From Pontimonas sp. (GTDB lineage: Bacteria; Actinomycetota; Actinomycetes; Actinomycetales; Microbacteriaceae): a DNA stretch of 64,000 nt. Each line of letters starts with the position of its first letter. Position 1 is the first letter of the stretch. A program made the translations under genes and the position numbers. This document shows, piece after piece, positions 17,396-25,956 of this stretch. Below the pieces are notes generated by a model that was not told where the DNA came from, did not search any database, and saw nothing but the letters and a program-made list of their open reading frames with translations. The stretch spans positions 278,938 to 342,937 of the forward strand of contig OY843589.2 in the NCBI GenBank assembly GCA_963692965.2, given 5' to 3'.

Positions 17396-18027
17396 CGAAT
17401 CGAGCGCAGCACAGTGACGACTTTGCCGAGGATCGCGGCGTCGTCGCCCAAGATGGGCTCATAAGCCGAGTTTTGCGGCAGCAGCCAGGTGTGGCCGTCT
17501 CGCTGTTTCAACACCTTCACGGTGGCTTCGCCATCGAGAAGGGCGGCCACGATCTCGCCGTTTTCAGCGGTCTGTTGTTCCCTGATGACGACGTGGTCGC
17601 CGTCGCAAATTGCGGCATCAACCATGGAGTCTCCTTGAACCGTCAGCATGAACAGGTTTCCGGAGCCCACCAGCTGGGTGGGCAGAGAGACGATGTCTTC
17701 GACCTGTTCTTCGGCGGTGATCGGGACACCGGCGGCGATTCGACCGACGAGGGGGACCGGGACCATGTTGTCGTTGACCGGAATCAGCGGAGTGACCGGA
17801 GCGTCTGGTTCGGGGGTGAGGCGCTTAATCACTTCGAGCGTCCGGGCCGTGCCGGGATTGCGTTTGATGAAGCCCGCGCGCTCTAGTTGATGCAGTTGGT
17901 GGGAGACACTCGAGGTGGAGGAGAGCCCGGTGTTGTCACAGATCTCTCGCATGCTCGGTGGCACGCCTCTGGAGTCCACGCTGTGTTCAATAAAGGCCTG
18001 GATGCGTTGCTGCTGTTCGGTCAACAT
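17392..18027 (-). CDS. lexA: LexA repressor
   Basis: ATG 18027 ([13 protein letters not shown]...). The wHTH is [29 protein letters not shown]. The S24 peptidase part includes VQGDSM and EATVKVLK. The track start at 18114 is an extension. Confidence 0.9.
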   Translation of the reverse strand: MLTEQQQRIQAFIEHSVDSRGVPPSMREICDNTGLSSTSSVSHQLHQLERAGFIKRNPGTARTLEVIKRLTPEPDAPVTPLIPVNDNMVPVPLVGRIAAGVPITAEEQVEDIVSLPTQLVGSGNLFMLTVQGDSMVDAAICDGDHVVIREQQTAENGEIVAALLDGEATVKVLKQRDGHTWLLPQNSAYEPILGDDAAILGKVVTVLRSIR

Positions 18028-18059
18028 GGTTCTAGAGTAGCGCGTTTCGAACACTTTGC

Positions 18060-18075
18060 CTAAACATTCGTTCGA
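18060..18075. promoter_or_regulatory. Degenerate SOS-box-like site CTAAACATTCGTTCGA
   Basis: The right half, GTTCGA, is perfect and the left half is weak. An isolated TCGAAC half-site lies at 18047-18052. The site is 33 nt upstream of the lexA start. Confidence 0.35.
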
Positions 18076-18127
18076 ATCACATCTGGGCGTGTCAGTGGTC
18101 CGTGCTGGAATCACCTATGTCGGGTAG

Positions 18128-18156
18128 TTGACAAATCGGCTATTCGAACATATATT
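18128..18156 (+). promoter_or_regulatory. Sigma-70-type promoter candidate of the LysM gene (TTGACA-17 nt-TATATT)
   Basis: -35 TTGACA at 18128-18133, a 17-nt spacer, and -10 TATATT at 18151-18156, all read directly from the sequence. Confidence 0.55.
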
Positions 18157-18159
18157 CGA
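18144..18159. promoter_or_regulatory. SOS box (LexA operator) TCGAACATATATTCGA
   Basis: It matches the actinobacterial consensus TCGAAC-N4-GTTCGA at 11 of 12 specified positions. It overlaps the spacer and -10 of the LysM promoter candidate and lies in the lexA/LysM divergent region. Confidence 0.7.
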
Positions 18160-18170
18160 AACAGAGATTC

Positions 18171-18202
18171 GCTCCCGGTCTTCCCGGCCGAAGACCGGGA
18201 GC
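18171..18202 (+). other. Perfect 13-bp stem-loop in the LysM 5' leader
   Basis: GCTCCCGGTCTTC-CCGGCC-GAAGACCGGGAGC with no U tract. It lies between the promoter candidate and the AAAAGGAGAA SD. Confidence 0.6.
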
Positions 18203-18230
18203 GAGACTCAAACAGCAAAAGGAGAACCCC

Positions 18231-18566
18231 ATGAGCACCACCACTACCGCAGCATCGTTCGCTAACGCTGCACCGCTCCGGATTACTCGTCGTGGGCGAG
18301 TTGTCCTCGCGGCGTTAATTGCCCTTCCTGTTCTCGCGGCGTCGTTGCTACTCGCAACTCCCGGTGCCCAAGCAGGGGCTGACGCCGGAGAAGCCGAGGT
18401 CTACAGCGTGCTGTCTGGTGAGTCGATGTGGGATATCGCCGAGCAGCTCGCGCCAAATACGGATCCTCGTATTGTGATTGACCAGCTTGTGCGGACCAAT
18501 AACTTGGACTCCACCGCGGTGCACCCGGGACAGCAGCTTGTCGTCCCCTCCGCCTTCGCCGGTTAG
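18231..18566 (+). CDS. Membrane-anchored or secreted LysM-domain protein, divergent from lexA (ChiZ/DivS-like position)
   Basis: The N-terminal hydrophobic segment is VVLAALIALPVLAASLLLATPGAQA. The C-terminal LysM is YSVLSGESMWDIAEQL...VHPGQQLVVP. Confidence 0.7.
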   Translation: MSTTTTAASFANAAPLRITRRGRVVLAALIALPVLAASLLLATPGAQAGADAGEAEVYSVLSGESMWDIAEQLAPNTDPRIVIDQLVRTNNLDSTAVHPGQQLVVPSAFAG

Positions 18567-18598
18567 TCCCTCCGACACCCCAGTTCTACGATGGGGGC

Positions 18599-19699
18599 GT
18601 GGTGTCCCTCAACGATCTTCCGGTGCGCGATGACTTGCGCGGCAAATCGCCCTATGGGGCTCCCATACTGGACGTCCCAGTCGCTCTCAATGTCAACGAG
18701 AACACCCACCCGGTCCCGCCCGAAGTCCGCGCCAGTATTACCGCCGCCATCGAAGCAGCCCTCGAGGGCATTAATCGCTATCCAGACAGAGAATTTGTCG
18801 CCCTGCGCGACGCGCTGGGGGAGTATCTAAACGCCCGTCCAGGCGCCGACGAGAGGCCGGTCGACGCGACACAGCTCTGGGCGGCGAACGGCTCGAACGA
18901 ATTGCTCCAACACGTCATGCAGGCCTTTGGCGGTCCTGGCCGCTCAGCGCTTGGTTTCCCACCCACCTATTCGATGCACCCCATCATTGCCGAGGCCACC
19001 GGCACGACGTGGGTGACCGCCGAGCGAGACCCTGGGTATGACATTTCTCCAGACACCGCCGTGGCGGCGATTAGCGAGCACCAGCCAGACCTCGTGTTTT
19101 TCTGCGCTCCCAATAACCCGACCGGAACGGGCGTGGCATTAGAAACCATCGAAGCGGCCTATGACGCCACCTCCGGCATTGTGCTGGTCGATGAGGCCTA
19201 CATCGAATTTGCTCCAGACGACTATCCCTCCGCCAGACGGCTCCTGCCCGGCAGAGAGCGGTTGGTGATTTCTCGCACCATGTCCAAAGCCTTCGCGTTC
19301 GCCGGCGCCAGACTGGGCTATCTGATTGCCGACCCCGCGGTGGTTGATGCTCTGCGGCTGGTCCGGCTGCCTTACCACCTCTCGGCACTCACCCAAGCAG
19401 CCGCCACGGCGGCGCTTCGCCACCACGAGGTGATGTTGGCGATGGTCGACGACATTCGCAGCCAGCGCGACCGTCTCGTTCGGGAGCTTGGCGCCAGGGG
19501 CTATGTCGTCTCGCCCTCGGTGGCGAACTTTGTGCTCTTTAGTGGCCTGGATAACCCCCGGGCCACCTTCCAGGCACTGCTCGAGCGCGGTGTCCTCGTC
19601 CGGGATGTCGGTATCCCTGGGTCACTGCGGGTCACTGCGGGAACCGAGGCCGAGACGACAGCGTTTCTCGACGCCCTCGCGGCAAGCGAACAAAAGTAG
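18599..19699 (+). CDS. hisC: Histidinol-phosphate aminotransferase
   Basis: 366 aa, class II aminotransferase. The PLP-Lys motif is SRTMSKAFAFAGARLGY. It precedes hisB. Confidence 0.9.
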   Translation: MVSLNDLPVRDDLRGKSPYGAPILDVPVALNVNENTHPVPPEVRASITAAIEAALEGINRYPDREFVALRDALGEYLNARPGADERPVDATQLWAANGSNELLQHVMQAFGGPGRSALGFPPTYSMHPIIAEATGTTWVTAERDPGYDISPDTAVAAISEHQPDLVFFCAPNNPTGTGVALETIEAAYDATSGIVLVDEAYIEFAPDDYPSARRLLPGRERLVISRTMSKAFAFAGARLGYLIADPAVVDALRLVRLPYHLSALTQAAATAALRHHEVMLAMVDDIRSQRDRLVRELGARGYVVSPSVANFVLFSGLDNPRATFQALLERGVLVRDVGIPGSLRVTAGTEAETTAFLDALAASEQK

Positions 19700-19708
19700 A
19701 CTGGAGAA

Positions 19709-20308
19709 ATGGCCAGGACCGCCTCGCTCCAGCGAGAAACGAGTGAATCTCGTGTGTCGCTCACGCTTGATCTAGACGGCACCGGGGACAACAGCATCTC
19801 CACCTCGGTTCCCTTCTTCGACCACATGTTGACCGCACTGTCGAAACATTCTCTGATTGACCTCACCGTCGACTCCTCGGGAGATACCGATATTGATGTC
19901 CACCACACCGTGGAAGACACGGCCATCGTGCTTGGCCAGGCGCTCGCCGACGCACTGGGAGATAAAAAAGGCATCTCCCGGTTTGGCGATGCCCTGGTTC
20001 CCTTAGACGACGCGCTCGCCCGCGCCGTCGTCGATGTCTCCGGCAGGCCCTACTTAGTCCACACGGGAGAACCAGACGGCTTTGAAAACCACTTAATCGG
20101 CGGACATTTCGCCGGGTCCCTCGTGCGACACGTCTTTGAAGCCATCGTCGCCCACTCAGGGCTGACCGTTCACATCACCGTGATGGATGGGCGAGACCCC
20201 CACCACATCGCAGAAGCCCAGTTCAAAGCCTTTGCTCGTGCGCTTCGAAAAGCCATCGCGCTGGATGACCGGGTGGAGGGTATTCCCTCGACCAAAGGCG
20301 CCCTGTAG
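19709..20308 (+). CDS. hisB: Imidazoleglycerol-phosphate dehydratase
   Basis: IGPD motifs [16 protein letters not shown] and [19 protein letters not shown]. Confidence 0.9.
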   Translation: MARTASLQRETSESRVSLTLDLDGTGDNSISTSVPFFDHMLTALSKHSLIDLTVDSSGDTDIDVHHTVEDTAIVLGQALADALGDKKGISRFGDALVPLDDALARAVVDVSGRPYLVHTGEPDGFENHLIGGHFAGSLVRHVFEAIVAHSGLTVHITVMDGRDPHHIAEAQFKAFARALRKAIALDDRVEGIPSTKGAL

Positions 20309-20310
20309 TC

Positions 20311-20946
20311 GTGGCCTCCAGGCCACAAGTCGTCGTCTTCGACTACGGCTCGGGCAATGTGCACTCCGCGGTGAAAGCACTCGAGCGCGCCGGTGCCGAG
20401 GTCGAGGTGACCGCTGAGCGGCAAGCTGTGATGGATGCTGATGGACTCGTCGTTCCCGGTGTGGGGGCCTTTGCCACGGTGATGGCGCTTCTTCGGGCCA
20501 CACGAGGCGACGAAATGATCGAGAGGCGGTTGGCTGGAGGCCGGGCGGTACTGGGGATTTGTGTGGGCCTGCAGATCCTGTTCGACCGCGGCGTCGAACA
20601 CGGTGTCGACACTCCAGGACTTGGCCAGTGGCCAGGAGTGGTGGACACACTTCAGGCCGACAGGCTTCCGCATATGGGCTGGAACACGGTGACCCCAGGG
20701 GAGGGCAGTGCCCTGTTCCAGGGCGTCGAACAGGAGCGGTTCTACTTCGTCCACTCCTATGCCGCGCAGGAGTTTTCGCTCCACCCCGACCCACCCTTGC
20801 GGGCGCCGATTGTCACCTGGAGTGACTATGGCGGGCGGTTTGTGGCGGCGGTCGAGAACGGTCCGCTCGCGGCGACACAGTTTCATCCGGAGAAATCCGG
20901 AGAGGCGGGGATCAGGCTCTTGACCAACTGGCTCGCGGGTCTATAG
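20311..20946 (+). CDS. hisH: Imidazole glycerol phosphate synthase, glutaminase subunit
   Basis: Class I GATase. The nucleophile region is GICVGLQIL, with FVHSY and ATQFHPEKS also present. Confidence 0.9.
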   Translation: MASRPQVVVFDYGSGNVHSAVKALERAGAEVEVTAERQAVMDADGLVVPGVGAFATVMALLRATRGDEMIERRLAGGRAVLGICVGLQILFDRGVEHGVDTPGLGQWPGVVDTLQADRLPHMGWNTVTPGEGSALFQGVEQERFYFVHSYAAQEFSLHPDPPLRAPIVTWSDYGGRFVAAVENGPLAATQFHPEKSGEAGIRLLTNWLAGL

Positions 20947-21053
20947 TGGGTGGGTCGCATCGGGCAGGGCCTCGTGAGTCAGTGTGCCAACACTCCCGAG
21001 TGCGGTAGAAATCAGCCACGTCACCGACAAATCCCAGGGCGAATTCGACACTT

Positions 21054-21800
21054 ATGAGCGTTTCTTCGGCAGCCAAACTCGTCCTGCTCCCCGCAGTCGA
21101 TGTGGCCGATGGGAAAGCCGTCCGGCTCACCCAGGGCGAAGCCGGCACCGAGACCTCCTATGGCGACCCGGTCGCCGCCGCCGAAGAATTTGCCAAGCTC
21201 GGCGCCGAGTGGATTCACCTGGTCGACCTCGACGCCGCTTTTGGCAGGGGCTCTAACCGTCAGGTGATCAGGCGGGTTGTGCGGGCCGTGGGAAAAAAAC
21301 TGAACGTCGAACTCTCTGGCGGAATCCGGGACGATAAGACTCTGGAAGAGGCGCTGTCGACCGGCGCGGAGCGAGTCAACCTGGGAACCGCAGCACTGGA
21401 AAACCCCGAGTGGACCGCACACGTCATCGCCGAATACGGCGATGCGATTGCTGTCGGCCTCGACGTTCGCGGCGAAACCTTGGCCGCCAGGGGCTGGACT
21501 CGTGAGGGGGGAAACCTCTATGAGGTCATGGACCGGTTAAATGCCTGCGGGTGTGCACGGTTTGTCGTGACGGATGTGACCAAAGACGGCACGATGCGCG
21601 GGCCCAATATTGAGCTGTTGAGAAACGTGTTGGAGCGCACCGACCACCACGTGGTGGCCTCAGGCGGAATTGCGAGCCTCGACGACATTGCTGCGTTGCG
21701 CGAGCTCGTACCCCTGGGTCTCGAAGGAGCCATTCTCGGCAAAGCCCTCTATGCCGGAGCGTTCACCCTGACTGAGGCATTGGATGTCGCAGGCCGCTGA
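21054..21800 (+). CDS. hisA: ProFAR isomerase (HisA; probably the bifunctional PriA type as in other actinobacteria)
   Basis: [15 protein letters not shown] at the N-terminus and [11 protein letters not shown] near the C-terminus. (beta/alpha)8 protein of 248 aa. Confidence 0.85.
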   Translation: MSVSSAAKLVLLPAVDVADGKAVRLTQGEAGTETSYGDPVAAAEEFAKLGAEWIHLVDLDAAFGRGSNRQVIRRVVRAVGKKLNVELSGGIRDDKTLEEALSTGAERVNLGTAALENPEWTAHVIAEYGDAIAVGLDVRGETLAARGWTREGGNLYEVMDRLNACGCARFVVTDVTKDGTMRGPNIELLRNVLERTDHHVVASGGIASLDDIAALRELVPLGLEGAILGKALYAGAFTLTEALDVAGR

Positions 21801-22542
21801 TTCGGCGGGTGTTCCCTTCGCCGGCAGGCAGTTTCAGCCACACCCGTTCGCCGGCGACGACGGCCAGAGACCAGCGGGCCTGGCCGAGGCGCTGTCGCAG
21901 TGGACCGCCACACCCAGTGGCCAGTCGATGTCGGCGGTTGTCGAGGCCCTCAGGACCGATCGGGTCTTAGTTCCTCTCATTGCCGAGGCGGGCGAGTATG
22001 GCGAAACACCCGAGGGGCGGGTGGTGGAGAAAACCCAGGAGTTATCGATCGTGACCGTCGAGGGTCCAGGCGGCACTCCCGTGGGGTTGGTCTTTTCGGA
22101 CACCGAGGCCTTACAGGCCTGGCGGGCAGAGGCGAGGCCGCAACCGACTGAGTCGGTCCGCGCGGCTGCCTGGGCACTCGAGGAAGGCATTTCGAGACTG
22201 GTTCTCAACCCCACCGCAGCAGACGAATGTGTCGTGCGCCGGGGAGCGCTCGTCGCGCTAGTGACCGGAGAGCCCTACCGGGTGCCGTGGGACGACGACG
22301 AAATCACCGAGGCCGTCGCCGCTGCCGTGGGTGCTGATGGTGCCATTCGGCTTCGCTCAGGGTGGGAGTTACTGGGTGGAGGCGGGCCCGACCTCGTGGT
22401 CGAAGTGGCGTTACCGGCTGGTCTCACCGCGGAGCAGCTGAGTGAGCGGCAACAGCGCTGGGCGGAAGGGTTTGCTAAGAGCGAGGTGCTTCGCCTGCTC
22501 GTCGACGGAATGCACCTGTCGTTGGTGGCCAGTTCGTCTTAA
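21784..22542 (+). CDS. SseB-family-like conserved actinobacterial protein
   Basis: 252-aa ORF that overlaps the hisA end by 17 nt. The family is recalled from the typical hisA-downstream position and from sequence style ([10 protein letters not shown]...). This call is weak without an HMM search. Confidence 0.45.
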   Translation: MSQAADSAGVPFAGRQFQPHPFAGDDGQRPAGLAEALSQWTATPSGQSMSAVVEALRTDRVLVPLIAEAGEYGETPEGRVVEKTQELSIVTVEGPGGTPVGLVFSDTEALQAWRAEARPQPTESVRAAAWALEEGISRLVLNPTAADECVVRRGALVALVTGEPYRVPWDDDEITEAVAAAVGADGAIRLRSGWELLGGGGPDLVVEVALPAGLTAEQLSERQQRWAEGFAKSEVLRLLVDGMHLSLVASSS

Positions 22543-22886
22543 GTGACCGGTCCGGTGTATTTCTCACCCGGTCCTTGACCGGGGGCGTCGGGAAATGTCG
22601 AGGCTTCCCGGAACGCGAGTTGCACACTGCGCAGACCGTCTCGGAGCACACGGGCGTGGTGGTCGCCGATTTCTGGCGCTGCGGCGGTAATCAGTCCGGC
22701 GAGCGCGGTAATGATTTTTCTCGCCTCGGAAAGATCAATTTCGTCTTTCGGGTTTTCGGACAAGCCACACTTCACGGCCGCGGCGGAGAGTAAGTGGACC
22801 GAGACGGTTTGGATGAGCTCGACAGCGGGAACGTCGGAAATATCGCGTTCGATATCGGCAAGGGCGTCGTCGAGGGAGTCATTCAT
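22539..22886 (-). CDS. DUF1844-like small acidic protein
   Basis: 115 aa from ATG 22886 (MNDSLDDALADIERDISDVPAVELIQTVSVHLLSAAAVKCGL...). The upstream part of the 226-aa track ORF is Arg/Pro-rich and looks non-coding. Confidence 0.55.
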   Translation of the reverse strand: MNDSLDDALADIERDISDVPAVELIQTVSVHLLSAAAVKCGLSENPKDEIDLSEARKIITALAGLITAAAPEIGDHHARVLRDGLRSVQLAFREASTFPDAPGQGPGEKYTGPVT

Positions 22887-23014
22887 GGCGGGGTTTAGCG
22901 TATCGGGGGTTTGTGGAGAGTTTCCCGGTCGGCGGCGGGTGTCGGCCCATACTGGCGGGGGAAACACTGTGTTAGATAGTGTGATGACGAGTCGGAAAAC
23001 CCGGTGATTGTTCT

Positions 23015-23212
23015 GTGAGAGACGGACACACCACACCTCCTCGAACGTCTGTCCTGGACGATCCCGAGGTGCAGCGGCTCTATCCCGGGTGGACTGAGGA
23101 ACAGGTTCTCGCCGACATCGCACGACGTATCCGTGAAGATGACAAGCGTCCAGAGGTTCAGGCAGAACTTGCTGATTTTTATGCCCTTTTTCGTGGGGAC
23201 CCTCCCCGCTAG
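23015..23212 (+). CDS. Hypothetical 65-aa protein (first ORF of the accessory cassette)
   Basis: GTG-started ORF with a plausible globular composition (…DDPEVQRLYPGWTEEQVLADIARRIREDDKRPEVQAELADFYALF…). I recognise no family and see no clear SD. Confidence 0.3.
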   Translation: MRDGHTTPPRTSVLDDPEVQRLYPGWTEEQVLADIARRIREDDKRPEVQAELADFYALFRGDPPR

Positions 23213-23237
23213 ATATCACATCTGATAAGATTCGAGC

Positions 23238-23924
23238 ATGGCTCAGTCATCCGATTTTCAGAAAGTGGTGCGTTCTGCAGCGAAGCTACAACAGCTCGTG
23301 CCGGACATGGTTCTCGTTGGGGGTTCCGCGGCTGCACTACACGCCGGACACCGCGTGTCCCTCGATCATGACCACGTTCTCGGGGATCTAGCCGAACGCT
23401 ATGAAGCAGTTGTGGATGCGGTTGAGTCCAGTGCTGGTTGGGCCACGTCAGTGCGGGCCAGTCATCCTCCAATGACCCTGATGGGGAGCTTGGACGGTGT
23501 GCAGGCTGGTATCCGGCAGCTTCGCCGAACAAAGCCGCTTGAAACGGAAACATACGAGCTCGGGGTGCACGAAACCTTGACGGTGCCGACGGTAGACGAA
23601 ATTCTTAGAATAAAGGCGTTTCTTGTCGTGGACCGCGGCGCTGTTCGCGATTTTCTTGACGTGGCTGCACTCTCTGAGCGAGTAGGAATTGACCACGCGG
23701 TGCAGGTGCTCTCCAGGCTGGACGACTACTACGCCGTCCGGTCGAATGAAGACAACCTCGTGAGCACTTCGGTGGCAATCGCGCTCGGAAACCCCGAGCC
23801 GACTGACCCGGCTGTGCTGTCTGAACTCCCCAGCTACAAAGGGCTTGACCCTCGCTGGCACGACTGGGATGAGGTTGTCACCGTGTGTCAGGCGGTTGCT
23901 CTCAGGATGGGCCTGGACACATGA
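23238..23924 (+). CDS. Nucleotidyltransferase, AbiEii/AbiGii (DUF1814)-like toxin family candidate
   Basis: The Pol-beta NTase signature hG[GS]-x(9-13)-DxD is present as LVGGSAAALHAGHRVSLDHDHV. A C-terminal RGAVRDFLDV matches the RxxxRDxxD motif I recall for AbiEii. 228 aa. Confidence 0.5.
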   Translation: MAQSSDFQKVVRSAAKLQQLVPDMVLVGGSAAALHAGHRVSLDHDHVLGDLAERYEAVVDAVESSAGWATSVRASHPPMTLMGSLDGVQAGIRQLRRTKPLETETYELGVHETLTVPTVDEILRIKAFLVVDRGAVRDFLDVAALSERVGIDHAVQVLSRLDDYYAVRSNEDNLVSTSVAIALGNPEPTDPAVLSELPSYKGLDPRWHDWDEVVTVCQAVALRMGLDT

Positions 23925-24382
23925 CCGGATTGTTTCGCAATGTCGAGGGAAGCCCCTTAGACCCGGTGGAGACCTGGCCCTATGAGGGCATGGTCTCGGT
24001 CATCGAATACGGCACACTTCGTGATTGGCAGCCGCTGATCCGGCATGTGACGGAGCACCCCTGGGGGCACGTCGCCAGGAAGCTCGAGCAGTATCTCGGT
24101 CACGCCGACGATAATCAGGTCACGGCGTATTTCCGAATGGTTCTTCACCAGCTCCGCGCCAACGCAGAAGCGGCCGAACGGGACGCGGTGGCGGCGCGGG
24201 TGCGGGAGTGTATTGAGCGCTCTGGATTGAGTGCCGGAGACTTTGCCACATCGATTGGCACGTCGGCCTCGAGGCTCAGTACCTATGCGCGGGGGAGTGT
24301 GACGCCATCGGCCGCCCTGATACTGCGAATGGAAAAGCAGGCGGGGCTCCTGGCACACACCCCCACTCCACAGGGCGCCTAA
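23921..24382 (+). CDS. Protein with an unknown N-terminal domain and a C-terminal XRE-type helix-turn-helix
   Basis: ATG 23921 overlaps the NTase stop (ATGA). The C-terminus VRECIERSGLSAGDFATSIGTSASRLSTYARGSVTPSAALILRMEK is a typical HTH_3/XRE unit. The first ~90 aa are unassigned. Confidence 0.6.
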   Translation: MTGLFRNVEGSPLDPVETWPYEGMVSVIEYGTLRDWQPLIRHVTEHPWGHVARKLEQYLGHADDNQVTAYFRMVLHQLRANAEAAERDAVAARVRECIERSGLSAGDFATSIGTSASRLSTYARGSVTPSAALILRMEKQAGLLAHTPTPQGA

Positions 24383-24580
24383 TCCTGCTATCCTTGGGGC
24401 GTTACTCATCCGAGTAATGGTGAAAGTGGAGAAGACTCCCACCTAGGTATATCGATCATCACGGTTGCCGGGTCGTTGTGCTCCGTCAGGAATGACAGCG
24501 TGAAGGGCACAGGGATAACAGTCCCGGGATGACACTCGCGCTCTCGCCTGATAGAGCCCGCAGGGAGAACAGGAGCCCCC

Positions 24581-25153
24581 ATCAGCGATCCGAGAATCAA
24601 CGACCGTATTCGATCGAGTGAAGTCCGCTTGGTCGGTCCCGAAGGGGAACAGGTCGGAGTGGTCCGCATCGATATCGCGTTACGCCTCGCTCAGGAGTCT
24701 GATTTAGACCTGGTCGAAGTGTCACCGAACTCGAACCCTCCCGTGGTCAAAATTATGGACTTCGGGAAGTTCAAGTACGAAGCGGCCCAGAAGGCCAAAG
24801 AGGCGAGGAAAAACCAAGCCAATACGGTGTTGAAGGAGATTCGTTTCCGACTGAAAATCGACACCCACGACTACGACACCAAGCGCAAACGCGCCGAGTC
24901 GTTTTTGCAGGCAGGCGACAAAGTCAAAGCAATGATTCTTTTCCGCGGACGCGAACAATCCCGCCCCGAACAGGGTGTGCGACTGTTGCAGCGCTTCGCC
25001 GAGGACCTCCAAGAATTTGGCACCGTGGAATCCACCCCGATGATTGACGGGCGGAACATGGTGATGATTATCGGACCACTGAAATCCAAGGCCGACCAGA
25101 AGCAACAGGCCAGGAAAGCCCAAGCCACCCAGACGGCCGAGCCAGGCGAGTAA
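24581..25153 (+). CDS. infC: Translation initiation factor IF-3, with a non-canonical ATC start
   Basis: The conserved N-terminus (I)[25 protein letters not shown] lies upstream of the first canonical start (TTG 24629). There is an in-frame stop at 24530-24532. ATC 24581 has AGGAG 5 nt upstream. Confidence 0.8.
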   Translation: MSDPRINDRIRSSEVRLVGPEGEQVGVVRIDIALRLAQESDLDLVEVSPNSNPPVVKIMDFGKFKYEAAQKAKEARKNQANTVLKEIRFRLKIDTHDYDTKRKRAESFLQAGDKVKAMILFRGREQSRPEQGVRLLQRFAEDLQEFGTVESTPMIDGRNMVMIIGPLKSKADQKQQARKAQATQTAEPGE

Positions 25154-25170
25154 GACAGAAACGAGAACAG

Positions 25171-25365
25171 ATGCCAAAGCAGAAGACGCACTCCGGTGCG
25201 AAGAAACGCTTCAAAGTCACAGGAAGCGGCAAAGTCATGAAGCAGGGCTCGGGTATGCGCCATAACTTAGAGCGCAAACCCACGAAGCTCACCCGTCGTC
25301 TGAATAAAGACCGCGTCATCGCCCCCGAAGACGCCAAAGTCATCAAAAAACTGCTCGGCAAATAA
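25171..25365 (+). CDS. rpmI: 50S ribosomal protein L35
   Basis: [24 protein letters not shown]..., 64 aa. Confidence 0.95.
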   Translation: MPKQKTHSGAKKRFKVTGSGKVMKQGSGMRHNLERKPTKLTRRLNKDRVIAPEDAKVIKKLLGK

Positions 25366-25396
25366 GCCAGCTCCAACGAGAAAGAAGGTGTGAGTT

Positions 25397-25762
25397 ATGG
25401 CACGCGTCAAAAACGCCGTCAACGCCCACAAGAAACGCCGTGTGGTCATGGAGCAGGCCGAGGGATACCGCGGCCAGCGCTCGAGGCTGTATCGGAAGGC
25501 CAAAGAGCAGGTTATCCACTCGCTGAACTACGCCTACCGCGACCGCCGTGCCCGCAAAGGCGACTTCCGTCGCCTTTGGATTCAGCGGATTAACGCCGGT
25601 GCCAGACAAAACGGCTTGACCTATAACCGTCTGATTCAAGGACTCAGTCTCGCCGGTGTCGAGGTCGACCGTCGGATGCTGGCCGATATGGCCATCCACG
25701 ATCCCGCCGCATTCGCCACGCTTGTCGAGGTGGCCAAGGGAGCTCTCCCCGCCGCGAAGTAA
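25397..25762 (+). CDS. rplT: 50S ribosomal protein L20
   Basis: [33 protein letters not shown]..., 121 aa. Confidence 0.95.
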   Translation: MARVKNAVNAHKKRRVVMEQAEGYRGQRSRLYRKAKEQVIHSLNYAYRDRRARKGDFRRLWIQRINAGARQNGLTYNRLIQGLSLAGVEVDRRMLADMAIHDPAAFATLVEVAKGALPAAK

Positions 25763-25782
25763 CTCGACAGAGAGATGCTGGG

Positions 25783-25815
25783 GGCCTCGGAATACCGGGG
25801 CCTTCAGTGCTTTCT
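25783..25815 (+). terminator. Terminator candidate of infC-rpmI-rplT
   Basis: 8-bp GC stem GGCCUCGG / CCGGGGCC (one G-U pair) with an AAUA loop, followed by TTCAGTGCTTTCT. It lies 20 nt after the rplT stop. Confidence 0.5.
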
Positions 25816-25956
25816 GGTAAGGATGCGGGGGATAGGCTGGGTCACTATGCGGTTTTCCGCACATACCCATCTCGTGAGGACCAGGCGAGTAGTCCACGGG
25901 ATTGTGACCTGCTGTCCACCTGCCCGTCACCGAGGAAGCGATAGAATTTCACTGTT

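Noticed and set aside
24383-24580. The 200-bp region upstream of infC, examined for an L20-leader-type or other structured regulatory RNA. It also contains the antisense ORF 24406-24669.
   Set aside because: Only short, imperfect hairpins are present (for example TTACTC-ATCC-GAGTAA at about 24403-24418). I recognise no conserved motif. The antisense ORF overlaps the infC start and lacks an SD.
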